In this document: one piece after another, positions 41,401 to 53,300 of the stretch | Numbering within the stretch: position 1 is the stretch's first letter | Layout: the number at the start of each line of letters is the position of its first letter | Source of the DNA: Ophelia neglecta | Taxonomy: Eukaryota | Length of the DNA: 64,000 nucleotides | Reading direction: 5' to 3' | Assembly (NCBI GenBank): GCA_965285935.1 | Contig: OZ260664.1 | Span: forward strand, 12,586,001-12,650,000 | Translations under genes and position numbers: made by a program | The notes under the pieces: generated by a model | What the model was told of the DNA's origin: nothing | Database searches by the model: none | What the model saw: the letters and a program-made list of their open reading frames with translations, nothing else

Positions 41401-44033
41401 TACGACCCGTCATCTGTTTGAGCCGATATTTCCGTGACACCGTTAAGGTACCATTTGAGAAGGCTGGTAGAGGGCGCCATACAGCCCGTGATGGGGACAA
41501 GCGATGCATCGTGGGAGTTTAGTAGCACGACTTCAGCCTGGTGGCATAATTCTCGTAACATTGGTTTGTCCTTGGCCTTGTCAATTAGCTGCCCTAGTAA
41601 CTGCGTTGCCATGGAAGAAGGGTCACCGTCCAGTTGGACGCTGGAATAGCGCAGACAATTCTTAACAGACTCTACCTCCTCATCTGTGACGTCATCCATT
41701 CTCTGGATGATCTGATTGACTGAAAATACTTCAGTAAACTTTTGAAGAAAATCCATATTGCAGAAGACGTGTTCCTTCAGCGCCTGTGTATCTCCTGCGT
41801 GTTTTAAATGGTAAGGAAGTGACGTCATTCTCCGAATGTTGGACAGGACTTTAGGTTGCGGTGTGACCTGTCTGTCGGCGTCCTCTATCGTTAGTTTCCG
41901 GTGTGGCAGGTGTATGAGCCGAGTGTACCTCTCCTCAACTAAGTAGATCTCGGCTAATAATCTGTGTCTCTTCCGGAACTCCTCGCCCGATGCGTATTTC
42001 CCTTGAGCGGCCTCGGTGAACTGGCGGTGGTACCAGTTCATAGTGATCTTACCGTGCGTGTGTCTCTCCACGATGTACTCTCGAAGGTCATGACGAACGC
42101 GCGCCCACATCAGTGATGGAATACGAACCACGCCCTCTATCGGAGGGGAGTGGTACTTGTAAACTTCCTGAAGCACGGGGTCGTCACATGACAACACGTC
42201 CTCCAACTCAATCTCGCTCAGCCCATTCAATCCCAAAGTTAAATAAGCTAGACATGCGCGGACGAACACAGCACCGTACTTCCGTTCCAGCCGATCAAAT
42301 AAAGAGTTGATGGCTTCCTGGGTAGTTTTCGCCAGTCGGATTCCGGATGTGTCCGTGTACGATTTCCATGTACAGGCCTCGTCCAGCATCAGTTTCATGG
42401 GTAGAGGTTCGGGGTTGGCGGACAGAGAGGCGAGAAGAAGGCTGAACTGTGTCTCGGTGAGCTGCACGTTTTTGTTGCTCGTATATGCTTTAGCGTACAG
42501 TTCTGCCAAATTAGCAGCGTACGGCTTCAACTCGATGAAGCAACTTTCATCGTTATTAAGTCTGTCCCTGGCGTTTGACAGAATATTAAATTTGTCCGGT
42601 AAAGTGGAGACAATCAAATGGACATAGGTTGGCAACTCATCAGGCAGCCATTTGCATTTATATGCGCCCCCTTCAGGCGAAAGTTGATCCAAAGAGTCCA
42701 GGACAATCACCAGGGGGCGTGAGGAGCCATATCTGATGGCAATATAAGACAAAAGATCATTGAGGTACTTCGCCGCCTTGTTGACTTTCGTGAACTTAGA
42801 TTTATTTACCGTCTGACCATAGGCCAGGCAAATTTGTTTACACAAACTGCCTAAGACCTTCCTGATATCCGTACTCTGTGGAGACGTGCCCAGGAAACGT
42901 ACGATTGTCACACATCCTTTTAACCAGTTCTTTGCTTGCTGAGCAATTGCAGCCAAGTATGCAGTCTTTCCCAGCCCCGATTTCCCATACAGCACCAGCG
43001 GTTTTCCTTTCCCAGATCGCTTTAGTTTAAGTCTGAACTCTCCCAATTCATCATCTCGACCACAAAAAACTTCACATTTTGATTTGCAGAAATGCAAATG
43101 GTGGAGAATATCCTCACTAAGCCTCAATCTCGATTGGTCCATAACGTGCACCTTGCTGGAGGTGGCTTCTATAGCTTTGTGCTCTTGTAGCAGGTTCTGC
43201 ATGGACATGTAACCGGCGAAAATGTCATTATCAGTGGCGCCATCTGACTGGAACGGCCTCGTTTTTCCTGCTTTTGTTGGCACTTCCGCTTTGGCGTCCC
43301 TTTCGCCGAGGTTTGCTGTTAAATTGATTACTGTCGAGGCCTCCTTCATCATTTCCTTCTGCTCGTTTTCGCGGTATTCATCTAACAGTCGTTTGGTCGT
43401 CTCAGTAAATGTTGCACAGAATTTATTCAGGTATTCTTGGTGCTCTGGGTGTGACTGCGGGTCTATCCCACCCTCCTTCCATTCCGTGGTTAACCTGTGC
43501 ACGTTAGACAAGCCTAGCTTTTTCTTTATTTTAACGTTGCTCAAGTCCTTGATGAACTCTGCCGCATCTTGGTCAATGGTCTGCTCCGAGGTTTCTGGGT
43601 TCAGTGTCATGTCTGGAGAAAAATAGTCCATTTTACACGTTAGTGGTACCATGGCGTTACTTGTAATGTAATTAAAAAAGGTATAAAAATAGATAACCAA
43701 AGANNNNNNNNNNNNNNNNNNNNNNNNNNNNNNNNNNNNNNNNNNNNNNNNNNNNNNNNNNNNNNNNNNNNNNNNNNNNNNNNNNNNNNNNNNNNNNNNN
43801 NNNNNNNNNNNNNNNNNNNNNNNNNNNNNNNNNNNNNNNNNNNNNNNNNNNNNNNNNNNNNNNNAATACGATATAATTATGATAATAATGATAGGGATAA
43901 TAATAATAGTAATTAAAGTAATGAAAATATTTATTATCTGTAATGATGATTCGAAATATAAGTTATGATAATATAAAATAATAATGATAATATGATACAA
44001 TGCAACAATGAAATAAATGATAAATGGTAATAA

Positions 44034-44064
<31 letters not shown>

Positions 44065-46829
44065 TGAAACAACAACAATAATAACAATAATTAGTTTAGT
44101 GGGCGAAGAATTGTTGATAATTTATATACAGACTTTTCAATGCCTTTCTTTTACAATTTTAGCAAAACCTACCAAAGAACTTGTCTGCCAGTACCTGCCC
44201 GCTGACATTGGTACTCGTCTCCAGGTTACGTTTGATGTAAAATGCCGTCTTATCAGGGTCATCAGCCCACAGAATCCCTTTCTCGATCTCCTGTTCAGTA
44301 ACTGCAGGAAAAAAAGCGAGCTTAACAATATAGTGGATGTGTCTCATCTATATATTAGGAGTAGAGGGCCACACAATGAAGGGGCATAGTTAGAAACGTT
44401 GGCTGGCGGGTGGGGGGGGGGGGAGTCGGGAGGAGTCGGTAGTTGAATCATATATCTTCGGGTTTCATCGTTCCCCACGGTCCTTTCGATGCCTGTTGGT
44501 TGTTGTGGGTTTTACGTGGCTTTCAACACTTATCGGACATATCACCACGGTGCCTACTTGTGACAGTGGGCTCAATGCCCTCTTTAGAGTGCTGCCTCAC
44601 TGGAGTACCTGCCGTTGACACCAGACAGGGAACCCACCCAGTCACATTATACTGACACCGGGTTGACGAGTCCTGATACTACCCCCGAAATACCGGGCGC
44701 CTGGCAGGGGAGCTATCAGTACCTATTCTTACGTCTTGGGTTGACGCGATCGGGATTTGAACCCCGATCTACCACTTGCTAGGCGGACGCCCTAACCACT
44801 CGGCCATGGTTTGGTGGTTCCCTTCGATGGCAGTCAGTATTTGCATATTATACCATCTTCCTGGATCGAGTGACAAATCTAAGTGTTACATTTCAAAGAA
44901 GAGTCTTTCTATCACGGCAACATACCTGACTGGAAGTAGAGTTGCTTTCTTTCCACCGGAAGCTGGCCCTTCTCGATGGCTGACGACACACTCTGACGTA
45001 ATAGCTTTTGTAACGTAGTGCTTATCGATTTCCACTTCCGGGAGTCCTCCTTCCGTTTGTCCAGGTTCTCTTCTGAATAGTCGTTGAAGTGCGGAAGTTT
45101 GGAATTTATTGGCTGCGGAAAAACGGGAGGAAAAAAGATGCATTCAAAGAGTTGTGTAAGATGTGATCACACTACAGTAAAACAAACCGATATTAATGCT
45201 TTATTTATCTATAATAAAAAATAACATGGCAACCGGCATGACCCTTTTGCCTCAATTTGATATCAGGTCTCATTTCTTTGGCAAGAAAAGTACAATGGAA
45301 TTATGTATATTAATTACTATGTTTAAGCCACTTGATTATTAATAAATAAAGTTGAACTGTCTTCATACCTGGAGCAGATGGACTGGTGGTATTGCGTTGT
45401 TGTTTTTGAGGTACCAGTCGTCCAGCAGCTCCCTGTCGTCAAGTGAAAGGTCGTCTGCCATCCTCCGTAAAACCGCGAACTCCACGGCGTCGATCGCCGG
45501 CGGAATGGGCCTGGACCCGTAACGGTTTCCGGTCATAGCCTGGTAAAACATTGATACATAATACAAGGCTCGTACCACTGAAACAACCTTTGTCGAAATA
45601 ATAAAGATCCTTTACCCCACGGTAAGGAAGAAAGAAGTGCTCATTGTCGGGAAAATTGAATATACATGCGCATTTAACCCAATACGGTACACATAGTTTA
45701 TCCCTCTATCTATTATAAAGGCTGAGACATACTTCTATTCCAAATAATTCATTATTTTTGGTTAACACCCCTCAAGTTGTCTTTCGCCGGAATTAATCAA
45801 TCATATAAACCTGCTCCACACAAGTTACCCCCTCCCCCCCCCCCCAAAAAAAAAAGAATTCTATGTACACTGACATTATCACTGCAGAACAATCTTTTGG
45901 GGGAAAAATGGCGTCAGACGTTTGCCAAGTGCTATATAAAGATGATATAAGAATTGTAATAAATCCTGCTTACGACAAAGTTTGGTCCTCTGGAGAGCCT
46001 CTGACAGAGTTCGATCTCCCCGAGACAGATCTGCTCCACGGTGTGATCGTTAGAGGATCCCTCGGAGATACCCCAGCGCAGGTCGACCACCTGGAAGTCC
46101 AGCCCCAGCCCGGCACAGTAACCCTTCAACTCGGGGTAGGCTTGTCTCGCCAGGGCGTTACGCTCCGCCTTGAAATCTAGTCATACACGGAAGAAAATGA
46201 AGGATCAGTCGCATAATGGGATGTATTGTCAAACAGGAAAGCAAGGCTAGGCCGCGGTGTGACTGCGATCGACCGCAGTGTAACTGCGAGCATACGCGGC
46301 ATAACTGTGAGCATCCGTGACGTGACTGCGATCAACCGTGACGTAACTGCGAGCATCCGCGGGTTAACTGCGAGCATGCGCAGTGCAATCATGACTGTCT
46401 GCGAGAGGGCTGTCCAAAGTCGTGCGTTTCTGGTGGCTGGGAATATTTCAACTATGTATTAGAACTTTGGAATGATAATTGGCAGTTAATATTAATTCTT
46501 GTACTTAAAGAGTTAATAATTTAGCCATGGGTACCCCCACGTCATTGTGGCACAGTTAGCCCAAGACGGGTGGTGCCAATTACAAGAAAATTAAAGGAAA
46601 TACAGATGAAATGTGTGCAACTATCGCACGAATGTTAGATTTTTTAAAAATTCTTAATGCAGTTAAGTCAAGTTTTCTTTTAAAAAATGACCAGTTTTCA
46701 AAGTAAAAAATCATATACCAGAGAAAGTAGAACTGAGGAATATTCTGACAACAGACGATCTCTGAGGTGGTAAGTTCTCCATGTCCCCCACCAGGATGCG
46801 CTCGTATGGGTTGATAATAGAGGGAACCA
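38491..46829 (-). CDS. NACHT and WD40 repeat protein (NWD1/NWD2-like), conserved core; exons 46829-46719, 46176-45974, 45539-45369, 45112-44926, 44301-44173, 43612-41215, 40945-39999, 39717-38837, 38715-38491
   Basis: All junctions GT-AG and phase-compatible; spliced product shows DUF4062-type VRIFLSSTFSDFKAERNAL...VVDLRWG...CLGEIELC, WYLKNNNAIPP, SVTEQEI, Walker A GKSGLGKT, Walker B LVIVLDSLDQL, GLSEIELEDVLS, WYHRQF and WD40 repeats (e.g. LVTGSHDRTLRVWD). Confidence 0.92.
43704..43864. other. Assembly gap (161 N) next to an (ATA)n-rich low-complexity tract in an NWD intron
   Basis: Run of N; AT-rich sequence at 43865-44095. Flanking exons are phase-compatible, so no missing exon is required. 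Confidence 0.98.
44494..44818 (-). mobile_element. Full-length tRNA-derived SINE
   Basis: Minus strand: A box TGGCCGAGTGG, B box GTTCAAATCC, central GTGTCAGTATAATGTGACTGGGTGGG, (CAA)-type tail; degenerate 13-bp flanking duplication TCCTTTCGATGCC / TCCCTTCGATGGC; second copy at 37474. Confidence 0.88.
46259..46385. repeat. 21-bp minisatellite (GT(G/A)ACTGCGAGCATCCG...), ~6 copies, intronic
   Basis: ACTG(C/T)GA motif recurring every 21 bp. Confidence 0.75.
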
Positions 46830-47397
46830 CTGAATGAAGACGTATCTGTTATAACTCTAGTTAGAACCATGCACAGGTAATGGAAAAGTGAATTACGCTG
46901 CAGAATTCGGTATACTACTTTTGCGAGCAGGATACTACTTCTGCAAGCAGGAAAGCGCCTCGGATTAGAACCGTTTGGAGGTAAGCTGTCCACTTTACTG
47001 TTTGCTCTGGGTTTCATTCCACCCAAAAGCCCATCATATTCATAGCCTGACCCCCTTGTAAACAGCCCGCCTTTGACCATAGGTCAAATAAAACACCATG
47101 GGGTCTCATGGCAATGGGAGTTAAGTTTAAAACAAAGGATTATGATAGGTTATTCCTTCTTAAAAGACTGAATGCCAACAGTAACTTGGAAAACCTACAA
47201 ATCACTTGCTGAGATATACTGTGACATGAAATTCCGACCCAATCTAAATGCAGGAGTGATTTCCCACGCCGGGAAAATATGGCTAAGTAGTGAAATCCCA
47301 TTTAGATAGCGGCAGCTCACCTTTAGTGGTGTTTATTTATTTTGACTAATCGGGCGATTATTTCTAGTACACCAGGAGTAACGCATGTCTTCCCTAC

Positions 47398-50300
47398 CTT
47401 GTTTGGTGGACAGAACTTTCTTTTCATCTTTCTTATTTGCCTGTGCTTGATTGTTCGGCTTGTCTTTTATGCTGAAGAAAAAGATATATTGGGGAATGAC
47501 TTTTCCAAAAAAGATCTGATGAGATAAGAGGAAGGGGGTACGTATTATTTGACGTAGTAACACACAAGCCTCAGTACAGTGAAACCTGCCTTAAAGAACA
47601 CCTCTATAATCAGACCACCTGTCAATTCAGACCACCAATATGTGAACCATGCTGTAAATTTTCAATGGTAAATATCCTGTCTAAACAGACCACCTCAGAA
47701 ATCAGACCTGTATTTTCCAGTCCCATTGGTGGTCTTAATTCACAGGTTTCACTGAAATGTGACTGTTTAAGTACCTTTCTAGTTTGATGAGAGTTGGGGT
47801 CCTCTCAGTGTGCCGACTGGCCGAGGAGGACGGAGACTTTGTGCCGGGGGAGGAGGACGTCATGGTCAGAGGGCTCGGTTTCCTCCCCTCAGAGGGCGGG
47901 AATCGACCTGGAATGGGGACTCGAGACGGACCACCTGAAATAAATACACCGATAGTAACAATTCCCTTATACAGATTGTTTCTTGCGTAATTTCCATAAC
48001 ATTAAAAATGATAATATTTGCGTACATCGGCTTTAAACACGATTGGATAATGATAAAAAGAAGAGAGGACAATGGCAATGATGACAGTGACAAAGGCACA
48101 CAATTTCTTGGAGTAACACTTGTTTCCAATCCATTATGGAAGACAGGAAGTGGCATATTTCTTACACGAGGGGTAAAACATTCGAGGTACTATGCGTACT
48201 TTACAAAGCTAGAAAATGTGTATAAGGAAACAGAATTCTTTTTAAGTTTCTTTCGCATATCCCTATACTCGTATTATTGGGAATATATATGCTGTTTCAG
48301 CTTCAATCTCCCTTTGTTACATCTCATATTTCTTGTTACTGTGCCTTCATGCCTCGTTGAGAATGGCTTTCGACACTGGATGGAATCTCGGTTCAAAGCG
48401 CAGACGCTTTTATTATTGGTCTCGGATTTGCCGAGGCTGTGCTTGAATTTCCCCAACTTGAAGATGGCGACAAGTGTCACTACGGCTAACCATCCTATTC
48501 CATTTGGGCCTCCATCATGATTTAGGGTAGGGGGGGGGGGCATAGCCGGAAACTCAATTCGGGGGTAAATCTTAAGGTAAAAACCGGCATGCGAGGCTGT
48601 AAATTCATTCATTTTGGCACATTTATTACCACCGGAGGCTTGCCAGTGGATCTTTGTGTTAGTGGTACACGTGGTCAAAAGATGCCTTTATTAATAGCAT
48701 TGCAAAATGTCAGTGGCTATCTGATCAAACAGGGGGCTATATTATGTAGGATCCCAACAAAAAGGGGGTTGTTTTAATAGAGATTGTAAGTTCTTTACTA
48801 AGATACCATTTCTATTGGAGCATATACATATTCTGGTTCCATATGGTAGCCCCCTCCTTTTTCTTGTCAGGAGAACACGGGGGGAAAGCGCGAACGTAAA
48901 TCCTGGAGTAAATCGAGCGCGAAAGTAAAATTCGGAGGTTCGCGTGTCATGACCGGAGGGAAATAAGTAAACAACACGGCTTTAGCTCTCATAATTACTC
49001 CTTTTGACAAAAATCACAAATAATCATGACGTTCTGAATAGCTCTAAAGGTCGACATAGTAATTCAGGAATCTAAAAAGCCAAAAACCGCGATGTTAAGT
49101 CGGCGGGAACATGGTTTATTTTTGAAAAAATGTCTAGCCATTCGCCTCCATAAGGCCCTTCTTCCAAGTTCAACTAGCGAAAACCACAGTAAAGTGAAGG
49201 TTTATATCGATAAAGGTGCTTCCAATGCCCAATGATCAATGTGTACAATGTACCAGTGCCCGCTAATTATTCTTATTCAATGCTGAAAATAAAGAAACAT
49301 GCCAATTTGTTAAGATTTTCCTTTCGTGTGTGATGCGCTGGAGGTTCGCGTGTCATGATTAGGAGGTCCATGCTCTGGAATGCATTGGATCAGTTGATAT
49401 GGTAGTACAGGCCAACTCGCCCAATACCCATTCTGTTTAGGTTAGGCCTCAACTGGGTCTATATATTGTACATTATCTTTAATTCATCTTTAATTGCGAA
49501 AATATAATGCATATATCCAGTGTTCATTATCAGGCAACAATGAACGGACTGGATGGTTCAACCCAGGAAGCCCTGACCTCATCCAATTTTGTCGCCGACA
49601 AGGAGAACAGGTACACATGCATTATAGTCAACCTTCTATCTCATAGTAGTCACTTTCACTTTGATACACGAAAAGTTCCATCAGACAAACGATACTAGGC
49701 TAGTTGAAAGCTAGCTATAACGAGCACCCTGCAGAGATATAGGTAAGTCAGAAGGCTCCACCAATTCCAGCATGTTTGCCTGAGTACACGGATCAATCAG
49801 AGAGCTTTGAGGCATAGGCCTAACATGTCCACCGTGAGAATGAGCGACAATAGCCAAAACTTGTTGCTGTATAGTAAAGCACTTGGTGAGGAATTCTTTA
49901 ATTTGGTAAAGAATTATATGGAGGGAAGAAATAAGATAAAGATAATTGCTATTTCTCCAGTCATCACCTACTAATTTCTAGTATTTAGTAAGCATGTAAG
50001 TTCTCTTTTGCCTAATCTCGCGAACTTCTCTGAGCCTATGTGTCATTCTCATGATGACATTGAAGCATTGTCGTTCTTCTATTAAAGGCACATTCTACTA
50101 ACTTCAAGTCTACTTCAAGTTATTTTTGTTTCTCAGCCAATGTTGGGCTATCTTCGAAGCCAAACATATCGACATCACCCGTTTTTGATGTTTAGCCCAT
50201 AGCAACTTTCTTTCCGTCAATTGCTAAAACGTAGTGCCTGGACGCTGACGATTTTGCAACAGCTTGTAGACTGGGGAGTATGCCTGGTTCAGCATCTCGA

Positions 50301-53300
50301 GGAACTACCCTGCTTAACTCTATGTGCCTCCTTAAGGAAATTTCACTCGGCACAGCAAAATTAAAGCCAGTGCCCTCTGTTCGTTTGTCAGGTCCTTGCA
50401 GGAATCGAATCAATTGCCCGCCGAAAAGAACCCATCCTACCATTAGGAAGTGAACGCAACCATCTCTAAAAGGTACATGGGAAACTAATAGCTGTTTGTA
50501 TCATTATATGGTGTCTAACAATAATTGAAAACAAATATTTTGTGATGGGTATACGTCTTGATTCACCAAATCAAAGAAAGAACACAGGTCTCGGCAAGCA
50601 GACGGGTCTTGATCGCGGATTTTCATCATTGAACGTAAAGTCTTCTGTACCAATTAAAACCTTCCAGTTAAAGTTGTCACTCCGATTCTCTATGAGAACA
50701 ACACTTCCCTATAAGGTACCTTTTCCTTATGTTTCTTGGGTGCTTGTAATACCTAAGCTGAAGGAGGAATAGGCATTGCTGGTGTCCCTGAACAGTCAAC
50801 AATTGCCTCAACATCTGTACGGGGAGAAGCGCCTTTAAATTGACTAGATTTGTTTCTGTGCAGGGACAGAAACGTTTTTCTTTTTTTCCTTGAATTTAAT
50901 CAAGACCGGCTTCATTTTGCCAAGATGGATTAATTGTAAAGCGTGTTAGATTAAGAAACATACTTAACAAATTCAATTTTTTTTGCATGTACAAATTAAA
51001 TTGCATGAAATTCTAACGTTTATGCAACTATGTGAGAAGATGTCAGCAAGATGCATGCGATAAATTCTTGAGGAAAGTCCCATTCTTCTGAAACATGAAT
51101 GGGGACATACACACATGGTGGTAATATTTGTGAACTGAACTGTGAATTAAAATTACAGATCAGGTCAATGAAGTTATAGCCTTATGTCAACTGATCCAAT
51201 GCATTCCAGAGCATGGACCTCCTAATCATGACACGCGAACCTCCAGCGCATCACACACGAAAGGAAAAACTGCACAAATTGGCGTGTTTATTTATTTTCA
51301 GCATTGAATTAGATTATTAAGCTGGCGCTGGTACATTGTACACATTAGATTATGTAAGGGAAAATATTATCCACACTGTTGTACCTTCTCCAGAATGTAA
51401 TATCGAGTCCCTGTGGGTCAATGTTATGCAATCAAACAAAACCCCAATATTGGTTGGTACTATGTACAGGCCACCATCAGCCAGTTCTGAGTACTTTGAC
51501 AATATGTTAGACAATATTGAGGTGATGACCGCTAATTCAAATTTTATATTGCTTGGTGATCTTAATTATAATTATGTATGTGACGAGTCATTAGCCAACA
51601 ATCCAATTCACTACATCGAAAACTTATTTGCTTGTGCGCAACTAATAAGAGAACCTACTCGAGTCACTGACAAGTCATCAACCCTATTAGATGTTATACT
51701 CTCCGATATGCCAAAATCCCACTCCTCGAGTGGAGTTGTCAGATTAGCCTTAAGTGACCACTACTTGATTTATACCGTTGTTGATGTTAGAAAGATGAAG
51801 GGACCTCCTAAAATTATCACTAGACGAGATTACAACTCGTTAAACACAGATCTATTTAATCGTGATTTAAAATTAAGACTATCTTATGTATTTGACCCTT
51901 CTAAAACAGTTGCAAGCAACTGGTCCGACTGGAAAACCGCATTTCTTGCTTGCTTAGATAGGCATGCCCCGCTCCGCCAACACAGAGTGCGCGACCGTTA
52001 TAATCCATGGATTACCAGTGACATTATTAAGCGGATGTATGAAAGAGACCGAATTCACGACAAAGCCACCTTATTAAAATGTCCGACTATTATGGACCAG
52101 TATAGAGCCATTCGCAATGACATCACTGCCCAAATAAATGCCCTTGAGAAACAATATTTAGAACAGAAAATCGATGATAACAAAGGCAACTTAAAGCAAA
52201 TGTGGAAAATTTTGAAACAAACAATGGGTCAAGGTGCATCAAAATCATTGCCGAGTAATATCGATGTCAATCAATTTAATGCGTTCTTTGCAAATATCGG
52301 AGCAAAACTTGCAAACGACATCGGCCAAAAACAAATATATGATTGGAAACTTCCATCTAGCATCCACGACTTTGAATTTAAACCGGTTACTGTCACAGAA
52401 ACACTAAAACTGCTATCAAAGCTTAGCCCGGAGGAATCTAATATAGACGTACTAGGTATAGATAGCAAAGCGCTTAGCCTATCGAAATATACTATTGCTT
52501 CTAGTCTCACCTACGTGTTTAATTCGTCAATTTCAAGTGGCGAATTCCCAGATGACTGGAAGTCAGCGAGGGTAACCCCCATATTCAAGAAGAAAGGTGC
52601 GGACGATTTACCGACAAACTATCGACCCATTTCGGTTATTCCCCATATCGCCAAAATTATGGAACGTATTGTCCAAGATCAACTAAAAAATTTCTGATTG
52701 GTCACGATTTTCTCACGCATGATCAAGCCGCTTATAGACAAAATCACTCTACCCAAACATCCCTACATAGGGTACTTAGCGATCTTCTTGATGGTATCAA
52801 CGATGGTTTAGTGGGGGGAATGTGCTTCTTTGATCTCCAAAAATGTTTTGACACAATTGACCATGAGATACTACTTACAAAACTCCAACATTATGGCATC
52901 CGTAATATCCCATTTAACTGGTTCTGCAGCTACCTGAACAACAGGAAACAGGCAGTTACAGCTAATGGCAAACTATCATCATTTTTAGAATTATCATACG
53001 GTGTCCCACAAGGATCTATTCTAGGTCCAATTTTATTTCTTCTTTTCATCAATGATTTACCTTCAGCCGTATCAGATGCATTCTGCAATCTGTTTGCAGA
53101 CGATACGTCCTTGTATGCTGTCCACGAGTCCCTTGCGCTTGTTGAGTCTTCACTACAGAGAAACACTGATAAACTTGTTGCATGGTTTAGTGACAATCGA
53201 TTATCTTTAAATAAATCTAAATGTTGCGTTATGAAAGTTGGCCCTAAAAAGAAAATAAATGGTGATTCCCAACTTAAAGTCAAATTCAATGATCAACAAA

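Noticed and set aside
43613-44087. Hydrophobic signal/TM-like N-terminus of the 958-aa ORF
   Set aside because: Translation of an intronic (TAT)n-rich tract and an N gap; the real exon starts at the acceptor at 43612.
44740-44818. tRNA gene
   Set aside because: The A and B boxes belong to the SINE head; no full cloverleaf is evident and it continues into SINE body and tail.
44886-45143. 85-aa ORF in the track
   Set aside because: Wrong frame; the NWD exon 45112-44926 reads PINSKLPHF...LYFQS in another frame.
46580-47080. 166-aa minus-strand ORF
   Set aside because: Overlaps NWD exon 46829-46719 in a different frame and is otherwise intronic, with no recognisable domain.
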